Shown piece after piece: positions 49,501-62,100 of a stretch of DNA of 64,000 bases. Source of the DNA: Sarea resinae (Eukaryota). The stretch covers positions 62,001 to 126,000 of the forward strand of contig JAPEUD010000054.1 in assembly GCA_026026165.1 (NCBI GenBank). The letters are read 5' to 3'. The notes beneath the pieces are model-generated. The model was given only the letters and a program-made list of their open reading frames with translations, did not search any database and was not told where the DNA came from. How positions within the stretch are numbered: position 1 is the first letter of the stretch; every line of letters begins with the position of its first letter. The position numbers were made by a program, and so were the translations under genes.

Positions 49501-52500
49501 GCATAGCTATTGGCGGTATGATGATCGGTTGGCAACAGACAATGCGGGACTCGCTGGGCAGAAAGCGCTTTGAGCAAAAGACCGATAGGAGTCAAAGGCA
49601 TGAGAGAGAAGTCGATGCCAGAAGGTTGCGTCGATCCCTTGGACGCGCAGATGTATGATTGATGGCATACGCGCTGCGGGCGATACCTCTGCATGCAAAC
49701 CGGCGTCGTAGCCATTGAAATGAGTGTTCGATGAGCGTGGGTTGCTGAATCTATCACATGTGAGTATTGCAATAGATCTGGTCGAGAGATTTTGATTCAT
49801 TCGAAAGAATCGGTGTTGTGATGAGCGCACAATTGACAACGAGCTGGTAATTGGTAGTCCGCCAATTAATCAAGTTACCAGCAGTCATGACACGGAAGGA
49901 GGGGACCGATAATGGTACGAAGACGGTCTTGGGTGAATAGGAGGCAGTCACCGTCCATTGGGACTTCACTACCTATGTGCGGGCGCACACCTCGAAAGTC
50001 AAAGGGGTGGGTATACATATCTTAATAAGTGACAGTCTTTCAACGTGGCTGGGGTGGTTTAGTTGGAAAAAGGATATCATTGCAGTGAAACTCTGCAGGC
50101 CCCTTCCCCCGCCAACTTCTAAACCCTACGCTCAGCACACTTCTGGATAAGGAAATGTCACTCTTCGGAGACACACGCGTACGAATCCAGTTGATGTTAA
50201 TTTTTTTTTCCATCTTTTTGGGACTTTTCTTTTTTTTGAAATTTCAGACTAAGGAGGCACGGGAGAGGATGGTCTGCGTACGAATCTGGCTATGGTCAAA
50301 ACCTTTTTGACCTGTTTTTAAAGATCCTCATTTCATGCGATGAAGATACGAGGAGACTGTGCATACTTGTCAGAGCAATTATTCTGAGTTCTGTACGGCA
50401 CTTTTCATTTTCTCCGGATCTCCTATTTTGCCTACCTAGTAGTCACCTACTAAGGACATGAGCAACCGCAACCACGTGCTACGAAAGGTGAAGCTATCAC
50501 CAGCAGCATCATCTACCGACCCACCGACGACAGAAATACGTGACCAAAATAAGATGATGCTATCGCCGGCACCACTCACCACCACAAGTATTGGGATGAA
50601 GCCTCGCGAACATCACAACCTTAATTATCAACAACTCTCACCGCGTCTCTCATACAGATGATATAATGAAAGAGCTCATATAGGTTCAAGCTCACATTAA
50701 ACAACTGCATTCAGCACGGCGAACGTAAAGCTATCGCTATCATCATGCATCTCGAGATTATGGCGTTTTCGTCACGCCGGGTCGCAGGGATAACGAGGGC
50801 AACGCGAACCATCCACACGAATACATCTCCATCTGATGTGGCCAGTGTCGCGCATGCATCGCTTGGGCCTATCTGAGCTTCGCGCCCAGCCTTATCCCTA
50901 GGTCGATATTTCCAGGTGTTGGTGTTTGGAGACTAGTGTGCGCTCGACATATAGGGGAACAACAACAAAGGGATGAAATAAAGGAGTGCACGAGCATCTT
51001 TCGATACGTTGATCTTGCTCCGGAAATTTTGCCATAGAGCACGCGTCAGGTTGGACCACGGTCCAACCCTATGAAAATACCCATTTCTTACGCCCCGTCA
51101 GGTAGGTATTTTACAGCGAGAAGCGTATTGCGAGAGCCGGCACTCGAACGCAACACCTAGGAGGATGTCTGCCGTTCGCCCTAGAATCCCCCTTTAGAGA
51201 CCTATTTCAACAGTGACTGGACCAGAGGACCAGTACCGTTTCGCAGATCAAACCTCAGTTGAGAGAGAGCTGCTTAGGTCGGTATATATGGCTGCTGAGC
51301 TACACGGTTTGTTTGTTTGTCTTGATGCTGGGGCTACCTACCTACTTTGCTCTATTTGTTTACTGTCACCTAGTAAATCTATCGCGCCTTGAGGCTGTCA
51401 CCACCCCCACCATCACCGTTGATAAGTATATATGTCGTGGGCTATTCCGCCTCGTACAGATATCTCCCCCCTTCTACCATCTACTATCCTACCTAACCGA
51501 GGTGATGATGATCTAATTTTGCAAAGCAGATACATTCTTGCAATGCAAATGCATATCAATTTCACTACCTTGGTTCTGATCCATCCATAACCGCGACATC
51601 ATCTGCCATGTCCACCTTCAAAATACCACTGCAGTCCCATCTGTATCTCAATAGAGTCTTCTCTCTCTACCTCAATATTCTATAAATAACCCATCACTAC
51701 ATAGCCAGTAAGGTCACAGTGGCGATATAGACACCAGAATACAAGCCCACCGAGTGTCTTTCTTGATATCTGCGTATATAACAGACCGCTTCCTCAGCTG
51801 GTGTCAGTCAGTATCATGTTGATGTCCAGAAAGACCGAAAACGGATTCTAAAGGAGAGGTCCATCCTGTCCCCAGCGGCTCGTTTGGCCCATGTCTACAC
51901 GGGCGAGACGCCCTGGCCCACCACGCACCCACCTCACCGTGTATCCTTGGGATGGATCGATGCTGCTTCTTACTGTACCTTATGTCACCTAAGGGTATTA
52001 TTGCTGCCCGGTCTACGTCATTTTGCGTTCAATAAGATACTTACGAGCTCGCCACGCCATGAAGGAATGGACAGAGATCAGTCCCCCGTCAAAGGGAACG
52101 ATAAATGCGTAGTAGGTAGGGAGGTAGGTCACAGATGCCAGATCTGGTGACGTTGATGTACGGATATGGTGTTTGAGGTCTGAGGATGCTTGGCGCTTGC
52201 GAACAGTGTGGTGCAGTCTATGTACGGAGTGGACGATCACGATGGAAGGATGGTACGTCGAGAATGGATGGAAGATGCTGTGTAGATTAACAAGGCACCT
52301 CTCTACGAATACCGACCTAGGTATGCAGGCCTGGGCGTCTGTGAGACCGTACTTGGAGCATGAGGCGTTTCGGGTTATTCTTGGACGAGCGAGGTATTCG
52401 TAGTATGCCATGATACTGCATAGTACAAAGTACAGTCTGCCACCTACTCGTACGTACGAGGCAATGATCCCGTGTCGCTGGTGGTGATGGAGGTTCTACA

Positions 52501-53051
52501 GCATATGGCGGGTCGTACGGGAGGGCAAGGCCGCCCGTCTGATCTCTTCCAGTGGTTGGTGTTGGTGCGACGTCCGATCGAACATGCGTTGTGGAGATGA
52601 GGTAGAGAGAGAGAGAAAGAGACAGGTGTCAGACACGCGACGACCATCAATTTGCCCATCATGCTTGACTTGAGTTGAGCTCTCCTCTTGTGCTCGGAGG
52701 CAGCACAGGGTATCTGAGTGATGAATGCAGATGCCCATCTGCTCTGCTTTCGATGCCTCATGGCAAACGTGGCAGAAGTTCATCTGCCATCAGCCAACGA
52801 GGCCCCATGAGCTACTGCTCCATCCGTGCAGAAAAGACAAGGTAAAGGGCCCAAATACAGACCAAAGCGGGGATGCTATCAATACATCGAATGCCATAAT
52901 TACCGCATGCGGAGATTAGCAGCAATATTCATAGCAGCAAAGTCTGGCTGACTGCAGCCAATGCGCTCCCGGCGCCACCAGTCAGCGCCTACGCCGTATG
53001 GACTTTTCACTCTTCACTTTTTGCGGAGGACGCGCGATGGCTTTAGCTCCC

Positions 53052-53087
53052 GGGGCTGGGACAGGGGCTGGGACAGGGGCTGGGACC
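53052..53087. repeat. 12-bp tandem repeat GGGGCTGGGACA x3 (last copy has one mismatch)
   Basis: Seen directly. It is G-run rich and a potential G-quadruplex. Confidence 0.85.
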
Positions 53088-54140
53088 GGCGGGAGGACAA
53101 GGGACTCGAGAGGCTCGGGGCGTCGAAGGGGGTGGGGAGGGATCGATGATTGGCGGAGGCCCGGATTCAAGCAACGACGGGCGGAGATCAAGATGCCCGA
53201 TATAGCAATTCCACAGTCGCCCAAGGACGGCAAGATTGCGACGAGATGACTTGCATACGAGTCGGCGGATCAGCGAAACAAGGAAGAATCGTGGTCAAGA
53301 TGGTCGAGACAGGCATGGTGCAGCATTCAGCCGCATGGCCCCTCCCCTAAAATTACTCAACCGGGCAGATGCGCAGTATTAATAGATGGCTAAGATGGCC
53401 GAGATAGGCAAGGCGACCAACAATGGCAGCAACGAGCAAATCTAGATCCAAGTCCGACCCCTACTAGTCATCCCGCCATCTCCCCATCTCGCGCCCAGGG
53501 AAGCTTGATGTGGTCGACTGCCTGCCACTGGGATGCAGCACCCAGTCCAGATGCGCGCATGGGAGCCAAACCCCAGGTGCAGCAGCAACGCTTGCACGAA
53601 AGGGGAGTTCGCGTGTGCCTATCTTGAGGTACAGACGGTTTCACCGCCGGCCAGCCACATGGACATGGATCAATTGTATGTACACAAACCTGCAGGCGCC
53701 GACAACCTTTACTTTCCTCTCTGCAGGCAGGCATGGGGAGAGCAGGTAGAGGAGGACGATGGACCATGGCGATTGCTGGAAATATAGAAATGATGGGCCT
53801 GGCACTTCTTCTGTTGTTATATTCCTTGTTCGAGTCTTCCTTCAGTCTCCTCTTTGCTCAGCGTCCATCGATTGTTTGGATACTCTGTTCGACCAAGCTT
53901 GATAGACGCAGAAAGAGTTATATATTGCTTCCTGCTGGTGGTGCTGAGCCTCCTTTTCATATCTCTTTGCTGAAACGAAACCCGACGAAGCTTCAGACGC
54001 GACGATTTCACGAGACCTGCTGCGCCTGTGCTGTGCCCATCCACCGCAGATAGCTCCGCCACCTCATCCTCTCGCCTTCTTCAGCCCAAAGCCACTCATC
54101 TTCTCCCTCTTCATCACACACAGACACACATACCGCAGCA

Positions 54141-55017
54141 ATGCTCTCATCAAGTTGGTTCACCCTCATGCTCTCCGCCGCCGCAGCCGTCAACGCCCTC
54201 CCAACGCAAGTGCTCGACGCGCGCACGCCGACCACAAGCTGGGCTGCTAGTCTTAAAGCCTACTACAAAGCCGTCGGAGCACACATGGCCAACATTGAGA
54301 AGATGCCCGACTTCCCCTCCCTCCAAGCATGCGACCTCAGAAAAGCCCAGATGCCAACGGGTAAGCCCCACCACGCTTCCCTTCGTTACCTGCCTCTCAA
54401 TCATTACTAACCATCCCACCCCCTCGACAGCGCCCTCACCCCTGCCAGCCCCCGACTCCGGCCTCACGCTCTCCCACGTCGCCATCGGGCGCGGAACGCA
54501 GAACTACACATGCGCGACATCGACCAATGCCAGCATCCCCGCCTCGGTCGGCGCCGTCGCCAACCTCTACAACGCGTCCTGCCTCGCCGCCAACTACGCG
54601 GACGTGCTCGCGCTCCTGCCATCCGTCGTCCTCGACCTACCCATCCCGACCAACACGAACGTGCTCGCGCCCGCCAACGCCGAGCTCTCGGGCCACCACT
54701 TCTTCGTCGACGCCACGACGCCGACGTTCAACATGGACACGGCCGCGCACGACTACGGCGTCATCTACAGCGCCAAGAACAGCAGCACGGCCGCGCCGAC
54801 CAGCGCGCCCAAGGGCCCCACCAACGCCGACGGCGTCGCCACGGGCTACGGCAGCGTCGCGTGGCTGAAGCTCGAGGCCAAGAAGGGGCTCGGCAGTAAG
54901 CCGTTCCGCGAGGTGTATCGCGTCAATACGGCCGGTGGCAGCCCGCCGCCTACGTGCGATGGCTTGGCCGCGACGTTTCAGGTCCAGTATGCGGCCGAGT
55001 ATTGGCTGTATGATTGA
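54141..55017 (+). CDS. Secreted DUF3455-family protein (often misannotated as malate dehydrogenase), 2 exons (intron 54361-54430)
   Basis: Signal peptide MLSSSWFTLMLSAAAAVNA, HVAIGRGTQNYTC, VGAVANLYNASC, GHHFF...TPTF, VAWLKL, VYRVNTAGGSPPPTC and VQYAAEYWLY. Confidence 0.9.
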
Positions 55018-55732
55018 GTCCGTTGTTTTCGCTATCGGGCTTTGTTTCTCTCTCTCTCTCTCTTTATCTCTATCTTCCTACGAGCTTGCGGGTTCGGCTC
55101 CAGCACGCACATCAAACGGGGACCCGGATCATGCCAAACAGCCCGGAGTTCCTCACACGCGATCTCTTTTTCCTCCTTTCCCCCATCCCTCTCTTTCGTC
55201 TCTTCTCTTCTCTTCTCTTCTTTTCTCTTCTTTTCTCTCCATTTCAAAAAAAAATCCCGCGGCATTGCTTAGCCAGGTCACTCGGCGTTCATTCGGGAGT
55301 CACACGGCGCTCCATCTGACTTTTCCCTTACTCTTGAAAATAATCGAAGAGGGGCCGGAGAAGAGGCGAGGGCGGCGTTGTGAGCGGACCGGTATCATTG
55401 ATCCCATTCTCTATTTTCTCTTCTTCTCCTTCGGGGATCGGCTCGGCTCGGCTCAGCACACACGACACACGATGCGACATGAGACGACACGATGTGACGA
55501 TGACACGGCCGGCACCATCCAGCACAGCACCATCCAGCGCGGCTATTATGATGATGATGACGACGACGACGACGACGGCGTATCAGGCCTCTATGTCTAC
55601 GTCTGCGTCTGCAGCCTTCCTCACTTCTCGCTAGATTCATACACATACTCATGCATATACATAAATCATGCACGTTTCGCTCAACCACGCACGCTGCACC
55701 TCCTTTGTAGGAGAAAGTTCTCCTGGTACAAG

Positions 55733-55922
55733 GGAGGGAGGCGGGGCGAGAGAGAGAAGAGAGGGAGAGAGACAGATATAAGAGGGAGGGAGAGAGAGCG
55801 GAAGAGATAGAGGGCGGGACAGAAAGAGATAGGGACAGAGAGAGAGAGAGGGGGGGGGACAGAGACAGAGACAGAGGGCAGGGACAGAGGCAGAGATACA
55901 GAGACAAGGGGGCAGGACAGAT
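55733..55922. repeat. Degenerate (GA)n/(GACAGA)n purine-rich microsatellite block
   Basis: Seen directly between the convergent DUF3455 and COY1 genes. Confidence 0.8.
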
Positions 55923-56233
55923 AGAACAGGTACATTATATCACATACTACGACAACGACAATAACAAATAACAAATAACAAATAACATTATCAATAACAT
56001 GACATACAATACTATCTCCTAACACAGTGGGATAGCTGCACAAGGTAGTATGTGTGACCGAATCAGCGTGTTAAAACACCCCATATCACATGCTGCGCCA
56101 AGTCCAAGCAGCGCTCTCTCTATTAGATACAACATCAACGACAACAGTCGACACAGTGGGCACGTTGTCGATGAATTTCCTACTACTCGTACAGTACAGC
56201 AGCCTCTTCTCACGTCCGTCCGTCCGTCTGACA

Positions 56234-58784
56234 TCAGCCGCCCTCACTAAAGCCTTCCTGCTGCCAATCCCCATGGCTCGCACCCAGCCCCGCGCTCCCC
56301 GCCCCCGCTCCCGCTCCTCCTCCATCACCCAGAGACCCCCCGCCCCCAGCAGCAGCGACAACAGCAGCAGCAGCCGAATCGCCAAGCCCGCCACCACCAC
56401 CACCACCAACGACATGCCTCTCGATATCAGTCGAGCTCATCCAGTAAAGCATGCCCAGAACCAGCACATGGAGCGCGAGACAATACGCCGCGAAGAGGTT
56501 GCGGCTGGTGCGATTGGCCAGCACCATGCGCGTAAAGGAGAAGATGACGCGCTCGGGCAGACTCATGCGCTTGTAGGCGCGCGCGGATTCGCGGCCGCGG
56601 AAGGCGGCAAAGGGCGAGATGTTGGCTTCGTAGGCGGAGCGGTATCGTTGGTCGAGCGAGAGGCCCGAGGGCGTGGCGTCCGAGACGTGGATCCGGGACG
56701 GGTTGGGGTTGCTGGATGCGTATGCGGATGAAGATGCCGCGGTGGTTTGGAGGCCACCGCCACCACCGCCGCCGCGGTTGTAGGTCGAGACGTATCGAGT
56801 CTTCTCGTAGAGGTCGAGGTTGTCTTTCTGCAAGGAGGCGACTTCCTGGCGCAGCGACGACACGGTCGTGTACGCTTTCGAGAGCTCCTCTTCGAGCTGC
56901 GAGTTGCGCTGCTTGAACCGGTCTCGTTGGGCCGTCACCATGGGGAGAATGCCCGAGCCGCCTCCGACGGGCTCGCCGGCGCGGATGGCATCCAGCGAGT
57001 TGGGCGAATGGTTGCGCGGAGCAAAGCCTGAGATGATCGACGACGTCGGCGACGAAGCTCGCCCCCTTCTGCCCGCCATCGAACCGGCTCCGTGTGCTGT
57101 CGACTGAGGATACCTAGAGGAATAGGTGCCGGCTACCGACAGTGCCGACGAAGGGAACGCATTTGCAGCCTCTCTCTGCACTCTCTCGAGGTCGTTCTCG
57201 AGGCTCGCCGTCAGATTCCGCGATCGTTCGAGTTCGGCGTTCGTCTCGGAGAGATCCTCTTGTAGGGATTCTAGTCTGCTTTGCAGGTCTTGGTGAGATA
57301 CTCTCAAAATGGTGAGCTCGTTGCCCAGCTTCTTGTTTCTGGCCAACAGCAGCTGCTCCAATGTGTCGCCTTTGCTCTTCTGTGCCGATCTGTCGGGACT
57401 CGTTTCGAGGTCGGTCTCGCCGGTCTCGTCATCATCTCCAGTCGCAAATTCGATAGACTGCAGAAGAGGGTCAGTGACGCTTCAGACCAGCACTTCTCAT
57501 TCAACTAACCTTGAGAACCTCGAGCTCTCTCTTGACATCTTCGTAGTCACTCCACTTTGAGACTCGTTCCTTCAACAAGTCTCTGTCTTGCTTCAAGCTA
57601 GCAAGCTCTCTCTCTACACTGCGGAGTTTGCTTTCCCATCCCCGTCTTTCAGAATCTCTTTCGAACCTGGTAGCTTCTACTTTACGAAGGAGCGTCGAAT
57701 ACTCGGACTGAATCCGAAGAAATGTCGGGTCATCCTCAACCGAGGACGGCGCCTGGCTTGCTTGAGTCTGAGAGGCTGATTGAGCCAGTTCCATCCGGAG
57801 CTGCTCATTTCTCGCCTCCACTTCCGCCAAGCGAACGCTGGTCCGTTCAAGATCAGAGCTCACGATCTCTAATTCCGCGATAGATGCGCTCCCGCGAGGA
57901 GCATCACCCTCCGCATCCTCGGCCCGATCAAGCCGTTGTGACACTTCGTAACTAGCCTTTATTTCCTTCAACAGCCTCTCCTGATTCTCCACCTTCTCTT
58001 CCAGGCTCCGCTCCTTGGCCTCCCAGTTGTCCTTCTTCTCCTCCAAGACTGCCGACCATGATGCCTCGATTTCCTTGGCCTTGCTGTCCTGGGCCTCCTC
58101 TAGCGATTTTCGAGTCTTGCGTTCCTCCTGTAGACGTTTCTCCGTGTCTTCGAGGTGTGTCGTCAGACTGCTAACAGTCGATTGCAAGTGTTCGTTTTCG
58201 GCTGTGAGCTTTGGGACGGTGTCTTCTGACAAGACAAGAGAGTCCACCGACGCTTCGAGAAGGGGATATGGATCGGGGGCTTCGGATATGGACGAGTATA
58301 CCTGTAGAAAAGCCGAGGACGTAGACTTGGAGTGGTTCGTCAGGAGATCGATAAAGGATTGATAGGCTGGTCTTGGTCAGCACGAGGGAGCGCATGGCGG
58401 GTGGGCGTGAGACGGTACCTTTCAGCAAGCCCTTGTACTCTGCGAGCTTGGTGGCATCGTCGAGCTTTCGGAATTCCTTGGTCTTCTGGGCCAGTTCCTT
58501 TCGCTGCACGAGGGAGTCCCTCTGATGGGTGACGATATCTGATGCGGCGGTATCCAGGGTTGGGACCAAGTTGGTCAGGTCGATGTCTGCGCAGCACCGT
58601 CTCGGTCAGACTCAACGTCGCGAATAGCTTCAAGCACCATCCACTCACTTCTCCAGGCCGCGATGGCCTTCTGGTATTTGCTGTCTCCATCATGTAGGCC
58701 CGATAAGATGGATTCGCCCTTCTGCGAGTCCTGGGTGTCTTGTTCGTGGGATGCCCGTCCGTCTGCCGTCGCCGCAACGTCCAT
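56234..58784 (-). CDS. COY1: Golgi coiled-coil membrane protein CASP/Coy1, 4 exons
   Basis: KYQKAIAAWR, SLVQRKELAQKTKEFRKL, IDLLTNHSK, EAPDPYPLLE, DYEDVKRELEVLK, LEQLLLARNKKL, ILPMVTAQRDRFKQRN, DNLDLYEKTRY, YEANISPFAAFR and a His-containing TM (YCLALHVLVLGMLYW). Confidence 0.93.
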
Positions 58785-59163
58785 GCTGGATTGTAGATGC
58801 TATCGCAGACGGTGAGAAGGGTCCGACCGTGACATGAGAGAGATGGCGACGATGCCTATGCCTCAACAATTGCGAGTGAAGTTGGAGGTTGAGCGGATGA
58901 TTGCATGGGACGGGGTTACCTTCCTGAGTACAAATGAAACCTACGGAAGTGGACGAGGTTACGAGTGCCGAATGCGTGATGTGACGCCAAGTCGAGAGTC
59001 CGAGCTTACGCTGTCCGAAGTCACTAACACTACGGAGTAGGTAATCGTCCTCCTAAACCACGGCGGATGCTCTCCACGATCGCATATCAACAATCAACGA
59101 TCCACAATGGACGCCCCCCAACATGCCCCAATGTAGCTCTTGATTCACTTCTTTTGAATCGAC

Positions 59164-62100
59164 ATGGAGCCTCAAGACGCCGACGAGGTGTCCCGTCGAA
59201 GGAAGCGGAAAGCGGCTGAGGAGACCGGATCTTATATCCTGCGCAATCTGGCCGGCCATGTGCCATTGTTCTCCGAGGAAGATGCTTCAACCGTCCAGAT
59301 CAGCTGTGTAGAATTATGGGGTCAGTAGAATCTGGGCATCGCCACGGACGACCTCTGCTAATTGGTGCTCTATTGCAGAGGGAAATTTGTATATTGGAAC
59401 GTCGGCGGCAGAAATACTACACTTTGTGCTTATCCCCCCCGATCCAGCGGAACCTTCAGCGCCACCATCATTCATCCTGGCCTCACGACTACGTCCTGTC
59501 TTCACTCAGTCCTCTACGTCTACGAATGCCCAAGGAGGTGTTCAACAGATCCTACTCCTCCCCGCCGTCAGTAAAGCCTGCATCCTCTGCAATGGCACGC
59601 TCACGTTCTATACACTGCCCGAACTCAGTCCGGCGTTCGGCAACACCAAGGTCTCGAATTGCGGCTCTATTGGCGGTCTTGACCTCAACCATCCAGAGAT
59701 CATACAAGCATCGGGCCATGAAGGCGTCGTGGTCATGCTGTCGTTGAGGAATAGAATCCGGCTAGTGATAATAGGGGAAGAGGCTCGGCCAATCAAGAAC
59801 ATAGAATATGCGCGATCACTGGCCTCGATGCGACGTAGCACTGTTGCCTGCGTCGCGGATAGCCACTCGTACGCTCTCTTGGAGATAAATCACCAGCAGA
59901 AGATTCCGTTGTTTCCGATCTCGTCGCTCGATGATGCGGCAGCCGGCTCTACAGGTGGCCGCGCCGAGAATCTCTCGGCAGGACAAGAACAAACTGGGGT
60001 CGGATCTGGCTTGGCAGCTCAGTCGCTTTCACCAGAAGGTTCTGGAAATACAAGAGGGCATGATAGAAGCACGAGCCTTGGAGTTCTTGCAGGGGGGCTA
60101 GGCAGGAGAGAGCATAGTCCTCGCGCTGCAAGTATGGATACTTCTGGCCTGGAGACCCCTGAGCCGTTTCAAAGGGAGCTGTCACCTGGCCCCGTTGACC
60201 CAGCTGGAGCCTTTGAGAGAGGATTGAGCCCCGTCGGGAGAATAGCAACTCCCGATAAGCCCCTTCCGGCCACGCCAGTGGAACAAGCCGCATCGCAGAG
60301 AACTTCCGCTGAAAGGGCCAGGACTGACGACATCTTCTTGAGGCCTCATATACTCTCACCGACGCCTACCGAGTTCTTACTCACGACTGGTACAGCAGCA
60401 AAGGAGCCTGGCGTGGGCATGTTTGTAAATCTGGATGGTGACGTGGTGAGGGGTACATTGGAATTCAGTAGATACCCCGAAGGTATCGTTATCGACGGCC
60501 GAGGCTCTGGCTCAGATACCGCGGCTTTGAACCAAGAAGAGGGATACGTCCTCGCCGTCATGGAGAGAGACCACAGTTCTGGTGGAGGCAGAGGAGTCGA
60601 GGTTCAACGATGGGATATGGAGAATGGCGAAGGGGGTAGCGCTAAGGAATGGATACCTGTGGTTCCACCTGGGAAAGAATCTACAGGCAGTGAAGAGCAG
60701 GACTCATCTCCAGCGTCGCTTGGTATTCGTGAGATAGTTGGTTCGGGTGAGATACCTATCTCAGAGCTGGGCCAAAAACTGCGACTATCACGTCTGCGGC
60801 TCCCCAAACGAGGCTCACCTGTACCAACACCAACCTCGGCCGATGATCCGACTCAAGCATCACTGGAGCATGTATCGAAAGAGATTGAACTTTTCGAATC
60901 TCGGATTTCAGTCGAAGACAGACAAGCAGAGGATGGTGAGGATGGCCAACCTGTGGATGAATACGAGATCTCAAGAGAAAAAGAGGAAGACAAGTTCGCT
61001 CAACGGCTATGCATGACCAGCAGTCGAATCGTGCTGTGGTCAGGCAATCAGATCTGGTGGGCCATCAGAAACCCTCTCGTCCTTCGTCTGGATGCCCTGC
61101 TGGAACTAGCAGACGCCGGGGCAGAGATCGATTCCGACGAAGTCCTGGATTGGAGAAAAGTGGTAGAAGTTGTCAACAGCATTCGAGGCCAAGAACCGAA
61201 GACGGAAATGGAGTTCTTGAGCTTAGGATACATTCGACATAAAGCCGGCTTGCTGTTGTTCACGGATCTAGTTTCTAAAAGGATAGCGAATGCTCCTGTC
61301 GATGAAGCTGAGCGGCGAGCAACTGAAGAGCTCCTTGTTGAAGGCAGTCTGGATCCACGGCTAGTGTTGGCCGCAATCTCACCTCTTGGGCAGGAAGTCG
61401 TGGAGGGTCGGAATGGTATCTGGGTCTCGGCTGGGATCAAGGACGTCCTGGATCGCTTCTTTGACAGGCGGGCTGGGCGGGGACAGGAGGATGCGTCGTC
61501 CCTCGCCTCCACAGCCGATGTCCTCGATCTCCTCAAGCGCTATCTCTTTGTTTGGCGCCGCAAGAAGGGATTCGGTAGCATTGCCGACGAAGAAGACGTC
61601 TTCAGGACGGTCGATGCCGCGCTTCTGCATGTGTTGCTGCAATTAGACCGCCAGAACTTGCGCACCCCAGGGACTACGTCCGTTCGAGCAGAGCTGTACA
61701 GTGTGGTCGACCATGGGGTGGCATGTTTCGAGCGAGCAATCTGGCTTCTGGAGCGATTCAGAAGGCTCTACGTGCTCAGCCGTCTCTACCAGAGTCGTAA
61801 GATGTCCCGAGAGGTGTTGCGGACGTGGAGACGCATGGTCGAGGGCGAGCCTGACGAAGCGGGCGAGTTCACGGACGGCGAAAACGAGGTCCGAAAATAC
61901 CTCGTCAAAATCAGAGATGCCCGCCTGATCGAAGAATACGGTACCTGGCTCGCTCGACGGAATCCAAAGCTGGGCGTCCTTGTCTTCGCGGACGATAACA
62001 GCCGCTTCAAATTCGAACCTCCGCGCGTGGTGCAGATGCTCAAAGAAGGCGCGCCCGGCGCCGTGAAGGACTACCTAGAGCATCTGGTCTTTGGTAAAAA

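Noticed and set aside
50461..50590. Minus-strand VSGAGDSIILFW as a WD40 repeat
   Set aside because: Single weak match with no GH/WD periodicity around it.
44500..53900. Intact transposon or Starship element
   Set aside because: No transposase, RT/integrase or tyrosine-recombinase motifs, and no TIRs or LTRs detectable by eye.
54935..56043. Several 100-290 aa ORFs between the DUF3455 gene and COY1
   Set aside because: Simple-repeat translations in 3' UTR or intergenic DNA.
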